Source of the DNA: Chiloscyllium plagiosum
Taxonomy: Eukaryota
DNA length: 52,128 bases
Direction: 5' to 3'
Assembly: GCF_004010195.1 (NCBI RefSeq)
Contig: NC_057720.1
Location: 14,355,729-14,407,856, forward strand
Each line of letters opens with the position of its first letter. Position 1 is the first letter of the stretch. Shown piece after piece: positions 12,276-24,802 of this stretch. The notes beneath the pieces are model-generated. The model saw nothing but the letters and a program-made list of their open reading frames with translations. It had not been told where the DNA came from and searched no databases. A program made the position numbers and the translations under genes.

Positions 12276-13214
12276 NNNNNNNNNNNNNNNNNNNNNNNNN
12301 NNNNNNNNNNNNNNNNNNNNNNNNNNNNNNNNNNNNNNNNNNNNNNNNNNNNNNNNNNNNNNNNNNNNNNNNNNNNNNNNNNNNNNNNNNNNNNNNNNNN
12401 NNNNNNNNNNNNNNNNNNNNNNNNNNNNNNNNNNNNNNNNNNNNNNNNNNNNNNNNNNNNNNNNNNNNNNNNNNNNNNNNNNNNNNNNNNNNNNNNNNNN
12501 NNNNNNNNNNNNNNNNNNNNNNNNNNNNNNNNNNNNNNNNNNNNNNNNNNNNNNNNNNNNNNNNNNNNNNNNNNNNNNNNNNNNNNNNNNNNNNNNNNNN
12601 NNNNNNNNNNNNNNNNNNNNNNNNNNNNNNNNNNNNNNNNNNNNNNNNNNNNNNNNNNNNNNNNNNNNNNNNNNNNNNNNNNNNNNNNNNNNNNNNNNNN
12701 NNNNNNNNNNNNNNNNNNNNNNNNNNNNNNNNNNNNNNNNNNNNNNNNNNNNNNNNNNNNNNNNNNNNNNNNNNNNNNNNNNNNNNNNNNNNNNNNNNNN
12801 NNNNNNNNNNNNNNNNNNNNNNNNNNNNNNNNNNNNNNNNNNNNNNNNNNNNNNNNNNNNNNNNNNNNNNNNNNNNNNNNNNNNNNNNNNNNNNNNNNNN
12901 NNNNNNNNNNNNNNNNNNNNNNNNNNNNNNNNNNNNNNNNNNNNNNNNNNNNNNNNNNNNNNNNNNNNNNNNNNNNNNNNNNNNNNNNNNNNNNNNNNNN
13001 NNNNNNNNNNNNNNNNNNNNNNNNNNNNNNNNNNNNNNNNNNNNNNNNNNNNNNNNNNNNNNNNNNNNNNNNNNNNNNNNNNNNNNNNNNNNNNNNNNNN
13101 NNNNNNNNNNNNNNNNNNNNNNNNNNNNNNNNNNNNNNNNNNNNNNNNNNNNNNNNNNNNNNNNNNNNNNNNNNNNNNNNNNNNNNNNNNNNNNNNNNNN
13201 NNNNNNNNNNNNNN
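12276..13214. other. Assembly gap
   Basis: Run of N. Confidence 1.
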
Positions 13215-13552
13215 TCCACATACCCTACAAAGAGGTAGGCATAGCTGGGGCCCATGTGGGTGCCCATGGCTACTCCTTTCGTTTGGAGGAAGTGGGACGA
13301 TTGGAAAGAGAAGTTGTTCAGGTAGAGGATCAGTTCAGTCAGTCGAAGGATGGTGTCAGTGGAAGGGTACTGGTTGGGTAGGCGGGAGAGGAAGAAGCGG
13401 AGGGCTTTGAGGCCTTCGTGATGGGGGATGGAGGTGTACAGGGACTGGATGTCCATGGTGACGATAAGGCGTTGGGGGCCGGGGAAGCGAAAATCATGGA
13501 GGAGGTGGAGGGTGTGGGTGGTGTCCTGAACGTAGGTGGGGAGTTCTTGGAC
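13215..13552 (-). pseudogene. Penelope-type reverse transcriptase fragment, open frame, 5'-truncated
   Basis: VQELPTYVQDTTHTL...VTMDIQSLYTSIP...LNNFSFQSSHFLQTKGVAMGTHMGPSYAYLFVG: D-x-x-SLYTSI and Q-x-x-G-x-AMG motifs typical of PLE RT. Confidence 0.88.
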
Positions 13553-13604
13553 TCAATGTCCATTGAGTAAAAGCACAGCAAAAGCCTACCAGATTAAATA
13601 TACG

Positions 13605-14000
13605 ATGTAGTCTAGCACCACAAACACAGGACTTATAATCCAATATTGTCCATCTTGGTCTTTATGTTTCATGCAAGCCTCCTTCCACTCTTCTTTATCT
13701 AATTCCGCCAACATATCCTCCTATTCCTTTCTCCCTCATCAGTCCATGTATCTATGTTCACAGCAAGTTCCATATTCGCACCATTCTCTGTTTGAAGAAA
13801 GTGCTCCTGAAATTTCTGACTGGATTTATTGTTGACAATCTCTCAGTTATGGCTCCCAGATCTGGTCTCATCTATAAGTAGAACCATCTTTTCTACACCT
13901 GCTCTACTAAAATCTCCCATAATCTTAAATATCTCTAACAGGTCTCCCACTCTGTTCGCGAGAAAAGATCCACAGTCTGTCCAATCTTTTCTGATGGAAA
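13605..14000 (-). mobile_element. Old CR1-like 3' fragment
   Basis: ttccatattcgcaccattctctgtttgaagaaa is the reverse of the FFxQRxVRIWN motif. Confidence 0.55.
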
Positions 14001-14314
14001 CTATGTGGTTGTTGTTGCTTGCAGAGTCAATTTAAATTGGACCTCTGTCTATCATGTTATAAACACTATTCATCGGAGTCTGCCTTACCATGTGGTAAGT
14101 TTGCAGTCACTACCCTCTGCAAGCTCAGGGATCAACAGTGTCTCATTGGTTTAGTGTTATAGGGGAAGACCATTTATTAACCTAACTAGAAGTTGCACTT
14201 TATGCAGCTAACAGTAGTTTATTCCATGTTAGCAAATAGTTACAGCTTCCATTAATCTGGTCAAAATGATTAGAGTGAATATGAGGAGGACCATGATGTT
14301 GCATTGAAACAAAG

Positions 14315-15140
14315 AAAATAGCAGTTGGATAGGCCATTTGGCTTTTGATGCTGGAAGAGCACAGCAGTTCAGGCAGCATCCGAGGAGCAGTAAAATCGAT
14401 GTTTCGGGCAAAAGCCCTTCATCAGGAATTTGATGAAGGGCTTTTGCCCGAAACGTCGATTTTACTGCTCCTCGGATGCTGCCTGAACTGCTGTGCTCTT
14501 CCAGCACCACTACTCCAGAATCTGGTTTCCAGCATCTGCAGTCATTGTTTCTACCCAATTGGCTTTTGAGCCAGCTCAACCATATAATCATGGCAGTTCC
14601 CACTTTCTCCTCCGAACTTTGATCCCTTTAGCCCCAAGAACTATACCCAATTCTTCTTGAAAACATTCAATGTTCTGGTCTCAACCATTTTGAGGCAGAG
14701 AATTCCATAAGTTCACCACTATTAGTCTGGTGAAGAAATTTCTCTTCATCTCAATCCAAAATAGCCTACCCTGTATCCTTAGAATGTGATCACTTTTTTT
14801 GGACTACCCTGTCTAGTTCTGTTAGTATTTTATAGATTTATATGAGCTCTTCCCCCATCCCCCAATCATCTAAATTCCGGTGCCAAACTATATTTTCTTC
14901 ATATGTCCTAACTATAGTTTCTCTTCATATGTCAGTCCTGCCAAACCAGGAATTAGTCTGGTAAAATGTTGTTGTATTCTTTCCATAGTCAGAACATCTT
15001 TCCTCAGATAAAGATCAAACCACTCATAATATTCCAGGTGTGGACTCACCAAGGTCCTGTGCAGTTGCTGCAAGACATCCCAGTTCCTGGATTCAAACCC
15101 TGTAAGTATGAAGGCCAACATGCCATTTACGTTTTCCACG
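14315..15140 (-). mobile_element. CR1 LINE 3' portion, interrupted by a PLE hairpin
   Basis: NGMLAFILTGFESRNWDVLQQLHRTLVSPHLEY...RKDVLTMERIQQHFTRLIPGLAGLTYEEKL. Confidence 0.85.
14349..14554. mobile_element. PLE-derived hairpin element with 15-bp TSD; two slightly mutated hammerhead cores
   Basis: TSD cca(t/a)ttggcttttga at 14334-14348 and 14555-14569; inverted arms meeting near 14428. Confidence 0.88.
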
Positions 15141-15724
15141 TTGGCTGTATACCTCATGATAGGTCTTACTCCTTCAATTTCCAAGCTGTTTTCCCCATCG
15201 CTCCATGTGACATCATTCACACTGAGTGCTGCTTCAGGTACTCCCAGTACTAACCCATTCCTACCCTTCACTCTTATACACTAGTCGTCTCCATGTTCCA
15301 AATCTGAGCTATATATGACTGGTGCACAAATACCACTTAACTTCAGCGTTAACTCATTAAAATCCGTTACTTGCCCTGAAATCCAAAAATGAACGCAAGC
15401 AAAAGGGAAAGATTTCAAAGTTAATTTTGCAGGAAAAGCGTGGCTTAAGAAAATTAGCATCAGCTACATTAAGTAAAAGTTAACAACACAGTCCTATCCA
15501 CCCCAAAGAAAAGAAGACTGTTGGGTGATTCAAATCAGTTGTGTGCATTACTAGCAGAATCCAAATGTCTCTGATTGCAATCAATACTTCTGAGCGGGCA
15601 TCAGGATATAACCACCTGAAGCTGGTGAGCAACCTCTTGGGCAGCTAGGTGCAATTTAATTGTTGCAGGTCTGCCAGCAATTGCAAGGGTTCAAGACCAG
15701 AAACAGTTCCAAATAGTCATTAGG

Positions 15725-16025
15725 CTGCACCTTCCAAACCACGTGAACGCTACCACCTAGAAGGCTAATGGTAGCAGATACATGGAAACACTGCCACCTA
15801 CAAATTCCTTTCAAGTTGCACATCATTGTGACTTGGAAATATATAACTGTCCCATCGCTGTTGCTGACTCAATATCCTAGATCTTTCTTAACAGCATTGT
15901 GGTTGTACCTACACCCCAAAAACTGTAATGATTCAAGAAGGCAGCTTATCACGGGGCAGTGAGGGAGAGGCGATAAATGTTGGCCTAACCAGCAACGTGC
16001 ACGTACCTTGAAGGAATAAAATAAA
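15725..16025 (+). mobile_element. L2/Crack-like LINE 3' end
   Basis: gcaccttccaaacc...gacttggaaatatat...ataaatgttggcctaaccagc, shared with other copies. Confidence 0.7.
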
Positions 16026-16044
16026 AGTTGTTTAGTGGGTCCAG

Positions 16045-16430
16045 AAGTAGAAAGAATGAGAGGTGACCTCATTGAAATAAGTTTCAGAAGGGGCTTGGCA
16101 GGGTAAGTATTGAGGGGCTGTTATTCCTGGCTGGGGAATCTAGAACAACAGAGGCATAGTGTAAAGATAAGGGGATGATCATTTAGGACAGAGATAAGAA
16201 ATTTCTTCACTTGAAGAGTTGTGAATCTTTGGAATTCTCTGCCATGCAACGTTGTGAATATTTAATCATTAAACATGTTTAAGGCAGGGATAAATACATG
16301 ATTTGGGGAGTCATGTGATGTGGGAAGTGGGTGGGAAAGCGTAGTTGAAAGTCAGCCACGATCCTTTTGAATGGTACAGCAGGCTTGATGGACCAAATGG
16401 CCTATTCCTGCTCTTGCATCATTTGATCGT
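16045..16430 (+). mobile_element. CR1 3' end
   Basis: RMRGDLIE-like codons; aatttcttcacttgaagagttgtgaatctttggaattctct. Confidence 0.75.
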
Positions 16431-17379
16431 GGCTCATGTATAAAAGCTTTGAACTTAAAACAACACAGACCTCTAGTCGTTGAGTGTGTTAATACTCAAG
16501 GTATACTAACAAGGTATGTTAGTGTTCACCCTGTTGCTCCCATAATATCTAATGCAACTATGACTCCTGATTAAAGTCAAGGCTCAGATTATTTTGGAAA
16601 CAAACTAAAGTAAGGTTAAAGATCCAAAAAAGATGGAACAGCAGGATAATGAAGAAGCAATGGGTAAAGGAAAATGAAACTTCCAACGATTATGAAAACA
16701 TTTTATCTTTGAAAGTTCAATATTTCACTAAAAAAAAGCACATTATTTTTTAAGGCAATGCTATTGCTGCTCATTTGTGATTTAATTGGTGTTGCAGTGG
16801 TGGTGTATTACAATTCACTCATGGAATCAAAATTGCTCTAGCATTACAAAGTTTTACATGCACATTGTAATCTAAAGCTATGGATAGTGAAGGGTAGAGG
16901 CTCAATCACCAATATTATCTTCCATCCTTACTTTTTATCACTGGATTTATAGGTTGGTTTCAAATTGCTGGGTCTTTATCCTTTTCCACAACTGTGCTAA
17001 AGCTAAATCTAAAGGAATTATGATTACTATTTCCAAATTCCTTTCCTGCTGACCCTTTTCATCTACATAGATTTATTCCCTAAAGCTAAGTCTTGAACTG
17101 TTCCTTTTCTTATTTGGGCTTTCCATATATGGCTGCAAAAAATTCTTAAATTTATTAAAGATAACATTTTCAGATGAGATTACCTGAGATAAAATTATAT
17201 TAAAAGTTACATTCTTAAATAATTCTTTAAAAATACACACTTTCATCTACTTTTAGTTGTTTGGCTAGTTCAAAACCTTTAATAATACTGCTCTTATATA
17301 TCTGTAATTCACAAAAAAAGATTGCCTTTTTATCTCTCTTTTACTATTTGGAAATCTAATTAGTCTCTGAATATATGAT

Positions 17380-17680
17380 TGCACTGCTTATTCCTTGTTT
17401 CAACCCATATGGTTTCAGCTCATGATTCTTTTAATATCACCTCTCTCCTCAGTTCTGGTTGTTTCTGTAACCAATATTGCGCCACACACTCCTTTCTTGC
17501 TCATCACCGCTCTATCTTGTCCGAAGACAATGCAGCAAGGAAGGTAGAGCTCTCAGACCACCTCTTTCTTTAAGTCATAGCAATGATATCAAATTTCCAA
17601 AAGTCTACCTGTGTTCTCAGTTCATCTTCCTTATTCATCGGACCTCTTGTGTCGTAGGATGTACTATCTATCCCTAAATA
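17380..17680 (-). mobile_element. Ancient CR1 endonuclease (APE) fragment
   Basis: Minus strand reads NKEDELRTQVDFWKFDIIAMT...FGQDR...ETIWVETRNK, parallel to 46440-46700. Confidence 0.6.
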
Positions 17681-18279
17681 ACATCTTTGTAGCATATGTT
17701 CTAACCTTTGCTTCCTCTGCCTTCCTTTCTTGACTACTAATTTTTTGCCTTGACTTTCAGCTGTGCTTTTCTTCCTTCTGCATCAATGCTATCATTTATT
17801 AGGGTTTGGGAAGGATTTGAGAGATCAAATAGAATTCGGTTACACATGATATCAAATAAGGGATGACTGGAAGTAATTAATTGAGTGTAAAATTTCCATC
17901 CAACATCACTGTTCTTCAGAACTCCAGCACTTTGTTTTTTCTTTCCCTTCAGATTTCCAGGATCCACAGTATTAGGGATTTATTTGGTTGGAGTATGTGC
18001 TGTTTGAGCTGAAAAAGTTCTCTGATTGGAATCAGTCTACCTAACAATTTAATGTCTGGCATTTAGCATTATCTTTGGGTTCCTCTGCACCAACCCTAAT
18101 CTAAACCTTCTGTAACAACATGAGCAGACTGCCCCATTCACCCCCAAACCCACAAAGCTATTGGTCCTGGCCATGTTGAGGTATAAGCTATCAAGCTAGT
18201 ATAGCTCCTGCCTCCTGCGAAGTGGCCCCAATGTCCAGACATTGACAACCCATTACTCCTGTATTATCTCTCCATTATC

Positions 18280-20020
18280 AGTGTTTGGGTTGTACAGGAC
18301 ATTGGTGAGGCCTTTTCTGGAGTACTGTGTCCAGTTGTGGTCATCCTGTTATACGAAGGATATGATTAAACTGGAGAAGTTTCTGACATATAGACTTTAG
18401 TAAGGCATTCAACAAAGTTCCTCATGGGAGATTCGTTAGCAGGTTAGATCTCATGGAATACAGGGAGAACTAGCCATTTGGATACAGAACTGGCTCGGAT
18501 GTAGAAGACAGAGGGTGATGGTGGAGTGTTGCTTTCCAACTGGAGGCCTGTGACCAGTGGAGTGCCACGAGAATTGGTGCTGAGTTCACTGCTTTTCATC
18601 ATTTATATAAATGATTTGGATGTGAACATAGAAGGTATAGCTAGTAAGTTTGCAGATGACACCAAAATTGGAGGTGTAGTCGACAGCGAAGAAGGTTTCT
18701 TCAGATTACAATGGGATCTTGATCAGATGGGCCAATGGGCTGAGGAGTGGCAGATGGAGTTTAAGTTAGATAAATGTGAGGTGCTGCATTTTGGAAAAGC
18801 TAATCAGAGCAGAACTTATACACTTAATGGTTAGACCCTGAGGATGTTGCTGAACAAAGAGACCTTGGAGTGCAGTTTCATAGTTCCTTGAAAGTGGAGT
18901 CGCAGGTAGATAGGAGAGTGAAGAAAGCATTTGGTATGCTTTCCTTTATTGGTCAGAGTATTGAGTATAGGAGTTGGGAGGTCATGTTGTAGCTGTACAG
19001 GACATTAGTTTGGCCACTTTTGGAATATTATGTGAAATTCTGGTTTCCTTCCTATCAGAAGGATGTTGTGAAACTTGAAAGGGTTCAGAAAAGATTTACA
19101 AGGATGATGCCTGGGTTAGAGGATTTGAGCTATAGGGAGAGGCTGAACAGGCTGGGGCTGTTTTCCCTGGAGCGTCGGAGGCTGAGGGGTGACCTTATAG
19201 AGGTTTACAAAATCATGAGGGGCATTGATAGGATAAACAAGGTCTTTTTCCTGGGGTAGGGGAGTCCAGAACTAGAGGGCATAGGTTTAAGGTGAGAGGG
19301 GAAGATATAAAAGGGACCTAAGGGGCAAATTTTTCACGCAGAGGGTGATACGTGTAATGGAATGAGCTGCCAGAGGAAGTGCTGGAGGCTGGTACAATTG
19401 CAACATTTAAAACGCACCTGAATAGAAAGGATTTAGAGGGATATGGACCAAATGCTGGCAGATGGAACTAGATTGGGTTGGGATATCTGATCGGCATGGA
19501 CAAGTTGGACTGAACGTTCTGTTTCCACGCTGTGCATCTCTATGACTCTATGACTCAAAAAGATTTACTAGGATGTTACCAATATGGAAATTTTGAGTTA
19601 TAAGGAAAGGCTGGGACTTTTCTCATCGTAGAGTAAGAAGTTGAGAGATAACCTAATTGAGGTTTATAAAAACATGAGGGGTACAAATACAATTAATGGT
19701 AGGTCTCTTTTCCCTATGATGGGAGCTTTCAAGACTTGGGGATATATTTTTAAGGTGAGGGGAGAAAGATTTAAAAAGACATGACTGGCAAATATTTTAC
19801 ACAGATGGTAGTTTGTGTGTGGAATGAACTTCCAGAGGAAGTGGTGGATGGAGGAATAATATTTAAAAGACAGGTAAGTACATAAGTAGAAAAGGTTTGG
19901 TTGGATATGGGTCAGGAGCAGGCAGGTGGGTGGGACTAGGTTAGTTCGGGATTATGTCCAGTATGGACCGGTTTTACAGATTGGACCAAAGGATCCATTT
20001 CCATGCTACAGGGCTCTGAC
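18280..20020 (+). mobile_element. Older CR1 3' portion (18280-18385 plus 19557-20020) hosting a younger CR1
   Basis: Host frame IKLEKF | KRFTRML resumes after the insert. Confidence 0.8.
18386..19556 (+). mobile_element. CR1/HER1 LINE, 5'-truncated (RT domain to 3' tail)
   Basis: DFSKAF, VTSGVP, KFADDTK, FSLERRRLRGDLIEVYK; (ctatgact)n tail. Confidence 0.95.
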
Positions 20021-20044
20021 ACTATTCTTCTGCTTCCATGCCCA

Positions 20045-20345
20045 CCAGCACAAGAGTAATGTGGAGATAACTGCCTTTCAGGTCCTGCTTTTGTATTCAT
20101 TTTCCGTCATCCTAAAATCCTCTTTCCACCCTGGCATTGGAACCTATGTGAACCATAACCCCTGGTGGTTTAATTGACTCTCATGTTCAGCCATCCCTCA
20201 CCCTGATACCAGGAAGGCGGCCTGGAGTCTGTGGCCACAGAAAAAGCAGTCTGTTCCCCTAACTACTCAGTCCCTTACCACTATTCCTTTCCTGGCATTC
20301 TTCCCCTGTACAGCTAAGCCACCAGAGTACAGTGAACCTGGCTAA
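20045..20345 (-). mobile_element. Ancient CR1 ORF1 (esterase-like) fragment
   Basis: Minus strand IVVRD*VVRGTDCFFCGH parallels IVIGHSIVREVDRRF at 45760-45803. Confidence 0.55.
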
Positions 20346-20369
20346 GGCCATAATTACCAGAGGCGTCAA

Positions 20370-20680
20370 GGAGGTGGCTTAGAGGCCATGTCACTGGACT
20401 TTTAATCCAGAACCCCAGGCCATTGGAGACATGGGTTCAAATCCTGTCAAGGCAGATGGTGAAATTTGAATTCAGTCAAATCTGGAATAAAGATTCCAGA
20501 ACTGGTCATAATGATGACCATGTAACTGTTGCCACTTGTCATAAAAACCCATGTTGGGAAGGAAATCAGCTATCCTGACCCAATCTGGCCTAGAAGTGAT
20601 TCCAGACCCACAGCAATGTTTGATTCTGGACAATAAATGCCAGACTAGCCAGTTTTGCCCACATCCCATGAAGAAATAAA
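20370..20680 (+). mobile_element. tRNA-derived SINE (second family) with L2/Crack-like tail
   Basis: B box gggttcaaatcc; tail caataaatgccagactagccag...cacatcccatgaa shared with the LINE at 27490-27530. Confidence 0.7.
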
Positions 20681-22356
20681 GGTAACTACCAGTCTTACCC
20701 ATTTTCAGAGCTAGAAAATGTTATCCAGTCTGAAGCCTCTTCCAATAGCTTCCTGGCACCCCCTTCACTATCAGGCAGCCTCCATATTGTTTTCTACCTG
20801 CACTTCCTTAAGTGGCATCACCTCAGGGATACACTGGAGGTGAGTGGACTGCATAAGGCTGAACATGTTGCCCATTCCCATCTGGCAGGATGAGGACATG
20901 TGGAGATTCAGTGCCTCTGTGATCTTAGCTCCAATGTTCACTGGTGCATGGGTCCAAGTCACATTGGAAGAGATAGCCTAGCTCTGTGAGCATCTCTTTG
21001 GCAGAAACAAGCAGCTTCAGACACTGTCCCTGGGTTAAATATAGATAAGAGAGTATTCTCTGGAGACACTCTGTCCTTCTTGCTCTTCCCTCTTCACAGG
21101 ATTTCCCTTCTCTGAATCTTCAGTTCCATTTTTCAGTCAAAGTTAGTGCAATCACAGTTCCCACAGCTCATGCAAGCTTGGGTCACCAGATCCTCTGGCC
21201 ATCTGTCAGCTCACCATAAAACCTCCAAAAACAAGTCACATCAGAACCTTTCCCTAAAACAAAACACCTCACCCTCAACCCGAATACCTGTCCCCCTAAT
21301 TAGAAAAAGGCTTTGTTTTGGGGGCTTCGGTAGCTATTCTTAGAACAAATGGTATAGTTAACCCTTTACTGCCTATGCAGAAACATGACCACAGCCTATT
21401 TTTAAGCTTCCATGCTGGAACATAAGCAATTTCAAGGCTTTGGAAGGACCGATAGCATACTTATCCAAACATTCCATCTCTGCCTGGCGTTTGCCAATAA
21501 TTTTACACCAGATAAATTATTTAGATTACTTCCACAGGTCATTTCATTCTTTCTGTTATGCTTCTTCCTTTGACCTCACCAGTCCATGTACCACGCTTCA
21601 ACATTTCCCAATAACTGCTCAGCAGACGTTGTCTCTTACTTATGGTAAGTAAAAGTAGTCACATTTCTTTCCCCTTCTGAGTTTCTCTGCTCCTGAGACC
21701 AATAGAGCATTACCGACAACACATTACCTCAGAAGATTATGTCAGAGCTAAGAACTGTATTTGTGAGTTTTACCCCTACTTAATTGTCAGTAATCAACAT
21801 AGAAAAGAATTGTTTAGCAGACGCAGCAGGAGAGTAGCTAAAATTATTTGCACTATTGCACTAAGTTGCACCAAGGCAAGGGGCTTGGTGAGGATGCAGG
21901 CTTCGGATGGGAGTTGTGTGGTGGACTATGGGGATAACATATCCTCAAGTGCACTCACATTCCCTCTGTTCCCTCAGTAATGGAGAAAAGCATGACTCTG
22001 ACTGAACTAGAATCATGGTGGGGTGGAAAATTTGGATCATAGCATTTAGAACATGCTTTCCTTCTTTTACTTGAGGGAAGAAGAATGTTACACCAATTCT
22101 GAGGAGCAGAATCATGTATTCTAACATTTTGTTTCATGGTTGTCTACAGGTAAGGTTTGTTGTCAGTGCAACTGAGCCTTTTTTTTTAATTTATTCACAG
22201 GATGTGGCTGTCTCTGGCCAGGTCAGCATGGATAATCCATCTCTAATTGCCCTCTAGAAGGTTGTAGCGAGCTGCCTTCTTGAATTACTGCAGTCCGTTA
22301 CTGCAGCAAATACACTCACAAAGCTGTTGGAATGTAAGCCATTATTAGATACCATT

Positions 22357-22995
22357 AGGATGATCCCCAGAATGGAGGGATTGTATTATGAATCAGTGGT
22401 GCTGGAAGAGCACAGCAATTCAGGCAGCATCCGAGGATGATCCCCAGAATGGAGGGATTGTATTATGAGTAAAGGTCAAAGAGGCTGAGACTCTACTCTG
22501 TGGAGTTTATAGAATAGAATCCCTATAGTGTGGAAACAGGCCCTTCGGCTTAACCACTCCACACAGAGCCATTCCCCAATCCTATTACTCTACATTTTCC
22601 CCCTGACTCCTGCACTTAACCCAGCAGAATAATGAGAGATAATCTCATTAGGATTCTTCAGGGATCTGACAGGGTAAATGCTGAGAGGATGGTGCTCCCT
22701 CATGAAAGAGTCTGGAGTCATAGGACATAGTCTCAGAATTAAGGAGTGCCATTTTAAGACTGAGATGAAGATGAATTACTTCTCTCAGAAGGTTGTGAGT
22801 CTTTGAAGCTCCTTGTTTTGGAAGCAGAGTCCTCATGTATACTTAAGGCTGACTCAAAGGAATCAAGGGTTATGGAAAGAAGGGCATATTTTACAGGGCA
22901 GGAAAGTGGACATGAGAAATGTCACATCAGCCATGATGCTATTGAATGGTGGAGCAGGCTTGTGAGGCTGAGTTCCTGTTCCTATTTCTTATGGT
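22357..22995 (+). mobile_element. CR1 3' portion with inserted 42-bp PLE piece and an HE1 tail fragment (22512-22622, minus)
   Basis: RMIPRMEGLYYE..., ttctctcagaaggttgtgagtctttg; 35-bp duplication at 22357-22391 and 22434-22468. Confidence 0.7.
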
Positions 22996-23116
22996 TATAT
23001 AGGAAAGGAATTCCAGGATTTCGACACAGTGATAGTGAAAGAACAGCAATATATTTCCACGTCAGGTTCAAGTGTGACTCAGAAGGAAACCTATAGACAG
23101 TGGTGTTCCAAGCATC

Positions 23117-23463
23117 TTTTTTTTGTTCATTCACAGGATGAGGGCATCTCTGGCTGGGCCAGAATTTACTGCCCATCCCTAATTGTCCAGGGGGCTGTTA
23201 AGAGTCCACCAGATTGCTGTGTATCTGGAGTCACATGGAGGCCAGATCAGGTAGTTTCCTTCCCTAACGGACATTAGTGAACCAGATGGGTTTATCCAAC
23301 AATCAACAACCGATCCATGGTCAACATTAAACTCTTAATGCCAGATCTTTATTGAATGCAAATTTCATCATCTGCCATGGTGCAATTCACATCCAGGTCC
23401 CCAGAATGTTACCTGGGTCTCTGGCTTAAAAGTCCAACAATAATACCACTAAGCCATTGCCTC
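23117..23463 (-). mobile_element. tRNA-derived SINE (second family), full length
   Basis: Reverse complement of the 20370-20680 family; starts gaggcaatggcttagtgg. Confidence 0.75.
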
Positions 23464-23467
23464 ATTT

Positions 23468-23893
23468 TTGAGCTATTGGGAGAAGCTGTTTTCCCTGGAG
23501 CGTTGGAGGTTGAGGGGTGACCTTATAGACGTTTATAAAATCATGAGGGGCATGGATAGGATAAATAGACAAGGTCTTTTCCTTGGGGTAGGGGAGTCCA
23601 TCACTAAAGGGCATAGGTTTAAGGTGTGAGGGGAAGGATATAAAAGGGACCTAAGGGGCAACCCTTTCACACAGAGGGTGGTGCATGTATGGAATGAGCT
23701 ACCAGAGGAAGTGGTGGAGGCTGGTATAATTAGAGCATTTAAAAGGCATCTGGATGGGTATATGAATAGAAAATGTTTAGAAGGATATGGGCCAAGTGCT
23801 GGCAAATGGGACTAGATTAGGCAAGGATATCTGGTTGGCATTGACGAGTTGGACCGAAGGGGCTGTTTCCGTGCTGTACATGATTCTATGACT
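23468..23893 (+). mobile_element. CR1/HER1 3' end
   Basis: LFSLERWRLRGDLIDVYKIMRG...WNELPEEVVEAG; ctatgact tail. Confidence 0.92.
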
Positions 23894-24162
23894 CCCCTTG
23901 TGTTTTAGATGGCAGAGGTCACAAGTTGGAAGGTGAAAGTATAGTGTCACTAACAAAGAAAGGACAGCTCAAAGTGATTATTAATTTGAGCTGATTCCAC
24001 AAACATTTCCAAAAGTGACAAAGGCTGGTGAATTGGAATAGTTGAGTTCATTATTATAAAGAAAGATGATGAAACAACACTATGTTAGTGCTGAACTAAA
24101 CTCCAGTAGTTATTGACTGACCCTAGATAGCTAACAATGTTGGTTCTGCCTCGCTATTAGCT

Positions 24163-24228
24163 TGGCACAGTGGCTCAGTGGCTAGCACTGCTGTCTCATA
24201 ACACCAGGGACCTGGGTTTGATTCCCAC
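24163..24228 (+). mobile_element. HE1 SINE head fragment
   Basis: ggcacagtggctcagtggctagcactgctg...gggtttgattccc. Confidence 0.7.
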
Positions 24229-24274
24229 ATTGCAGTGTGGCCCTGTGAAAGAAATTAAAGGTACTGTAGACTGG

Positions 24275-24802
24275 TGTGGTGTAAAATTATGTCCCAATAC
24301 ATGTGTGAATCATAATGTAACACATGTATTGGGCCAAGCAGTGGAATGTGGTGAAACGGTTAAAAATTATGTCCCAATACATGTGTGAATCTAACCGGAA
24401 TGGAGGTGTTGCTTAGTCCCGTGTGAATCTTATTACACACCTCCCCGTGTGAATCTTCTTATCTGTATGTAACCAGAATGGAATGTGTTTTTTAGCCTTG
24501 CTCTGCTGTTCACATGAATGTTTATATCTGGAAAAGAGTATATCAGCTGGAAAAGTCTCCAGTTCGGTGAGTCTGCTCCGGGGTTACGTTTAACCGCCGA
24601 GCGTGGGTTGTTGGCAACCGCTCTACGAGAACTGACGGCTCCCAGTTCCGGTAACATGTAGAGTGAGTATAAGCCAGACCCGTTGGTTGTGGCGACGCTG
24701 CGGGGAATAAAATGCCCATATTCTAGCAGACTCGCCTCTTGGTCGTTTGTTCTGTGTCAGACTACTCTCCTACGAACCTGACCTTGAGAATTTTTTAAAA
24801 CA
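24275..24802 (+). mobile_element. Solo LTR (528 bp), TG...CA, 5-bp TSD
   Basis: TSD actgg at 24270-24274 and 24803-24807; ends tgtggtgtaaaatt / aattttttaaaaca; AATAAA at 24706-24711; 29-bp direct repeats at 24283-24311 and 24363-24391. Confidence 0.85.

Larger units (their letters stand above)
12019..13552 (-). mobile_element. Penelope-like retroelement spanning an assembly gap
   Basis: Terminal arm at 12019-12110, inverted arm at 12224-12275, RT frame at 13215-13552. Confidence 0.75.

Noticed and set aside
12106..13456. 360-400 aa ORFs
   Set aside because: Length comes from the N gap; only the PLE RT part is real.
14912..15271. 119-aa minus-strand ORF with an internal GTAAGA donor-like site
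   Set aside because: The C-terminal half is CR1 RT; the N-terminal part has an in-frame stop upstream and no recognised homology.
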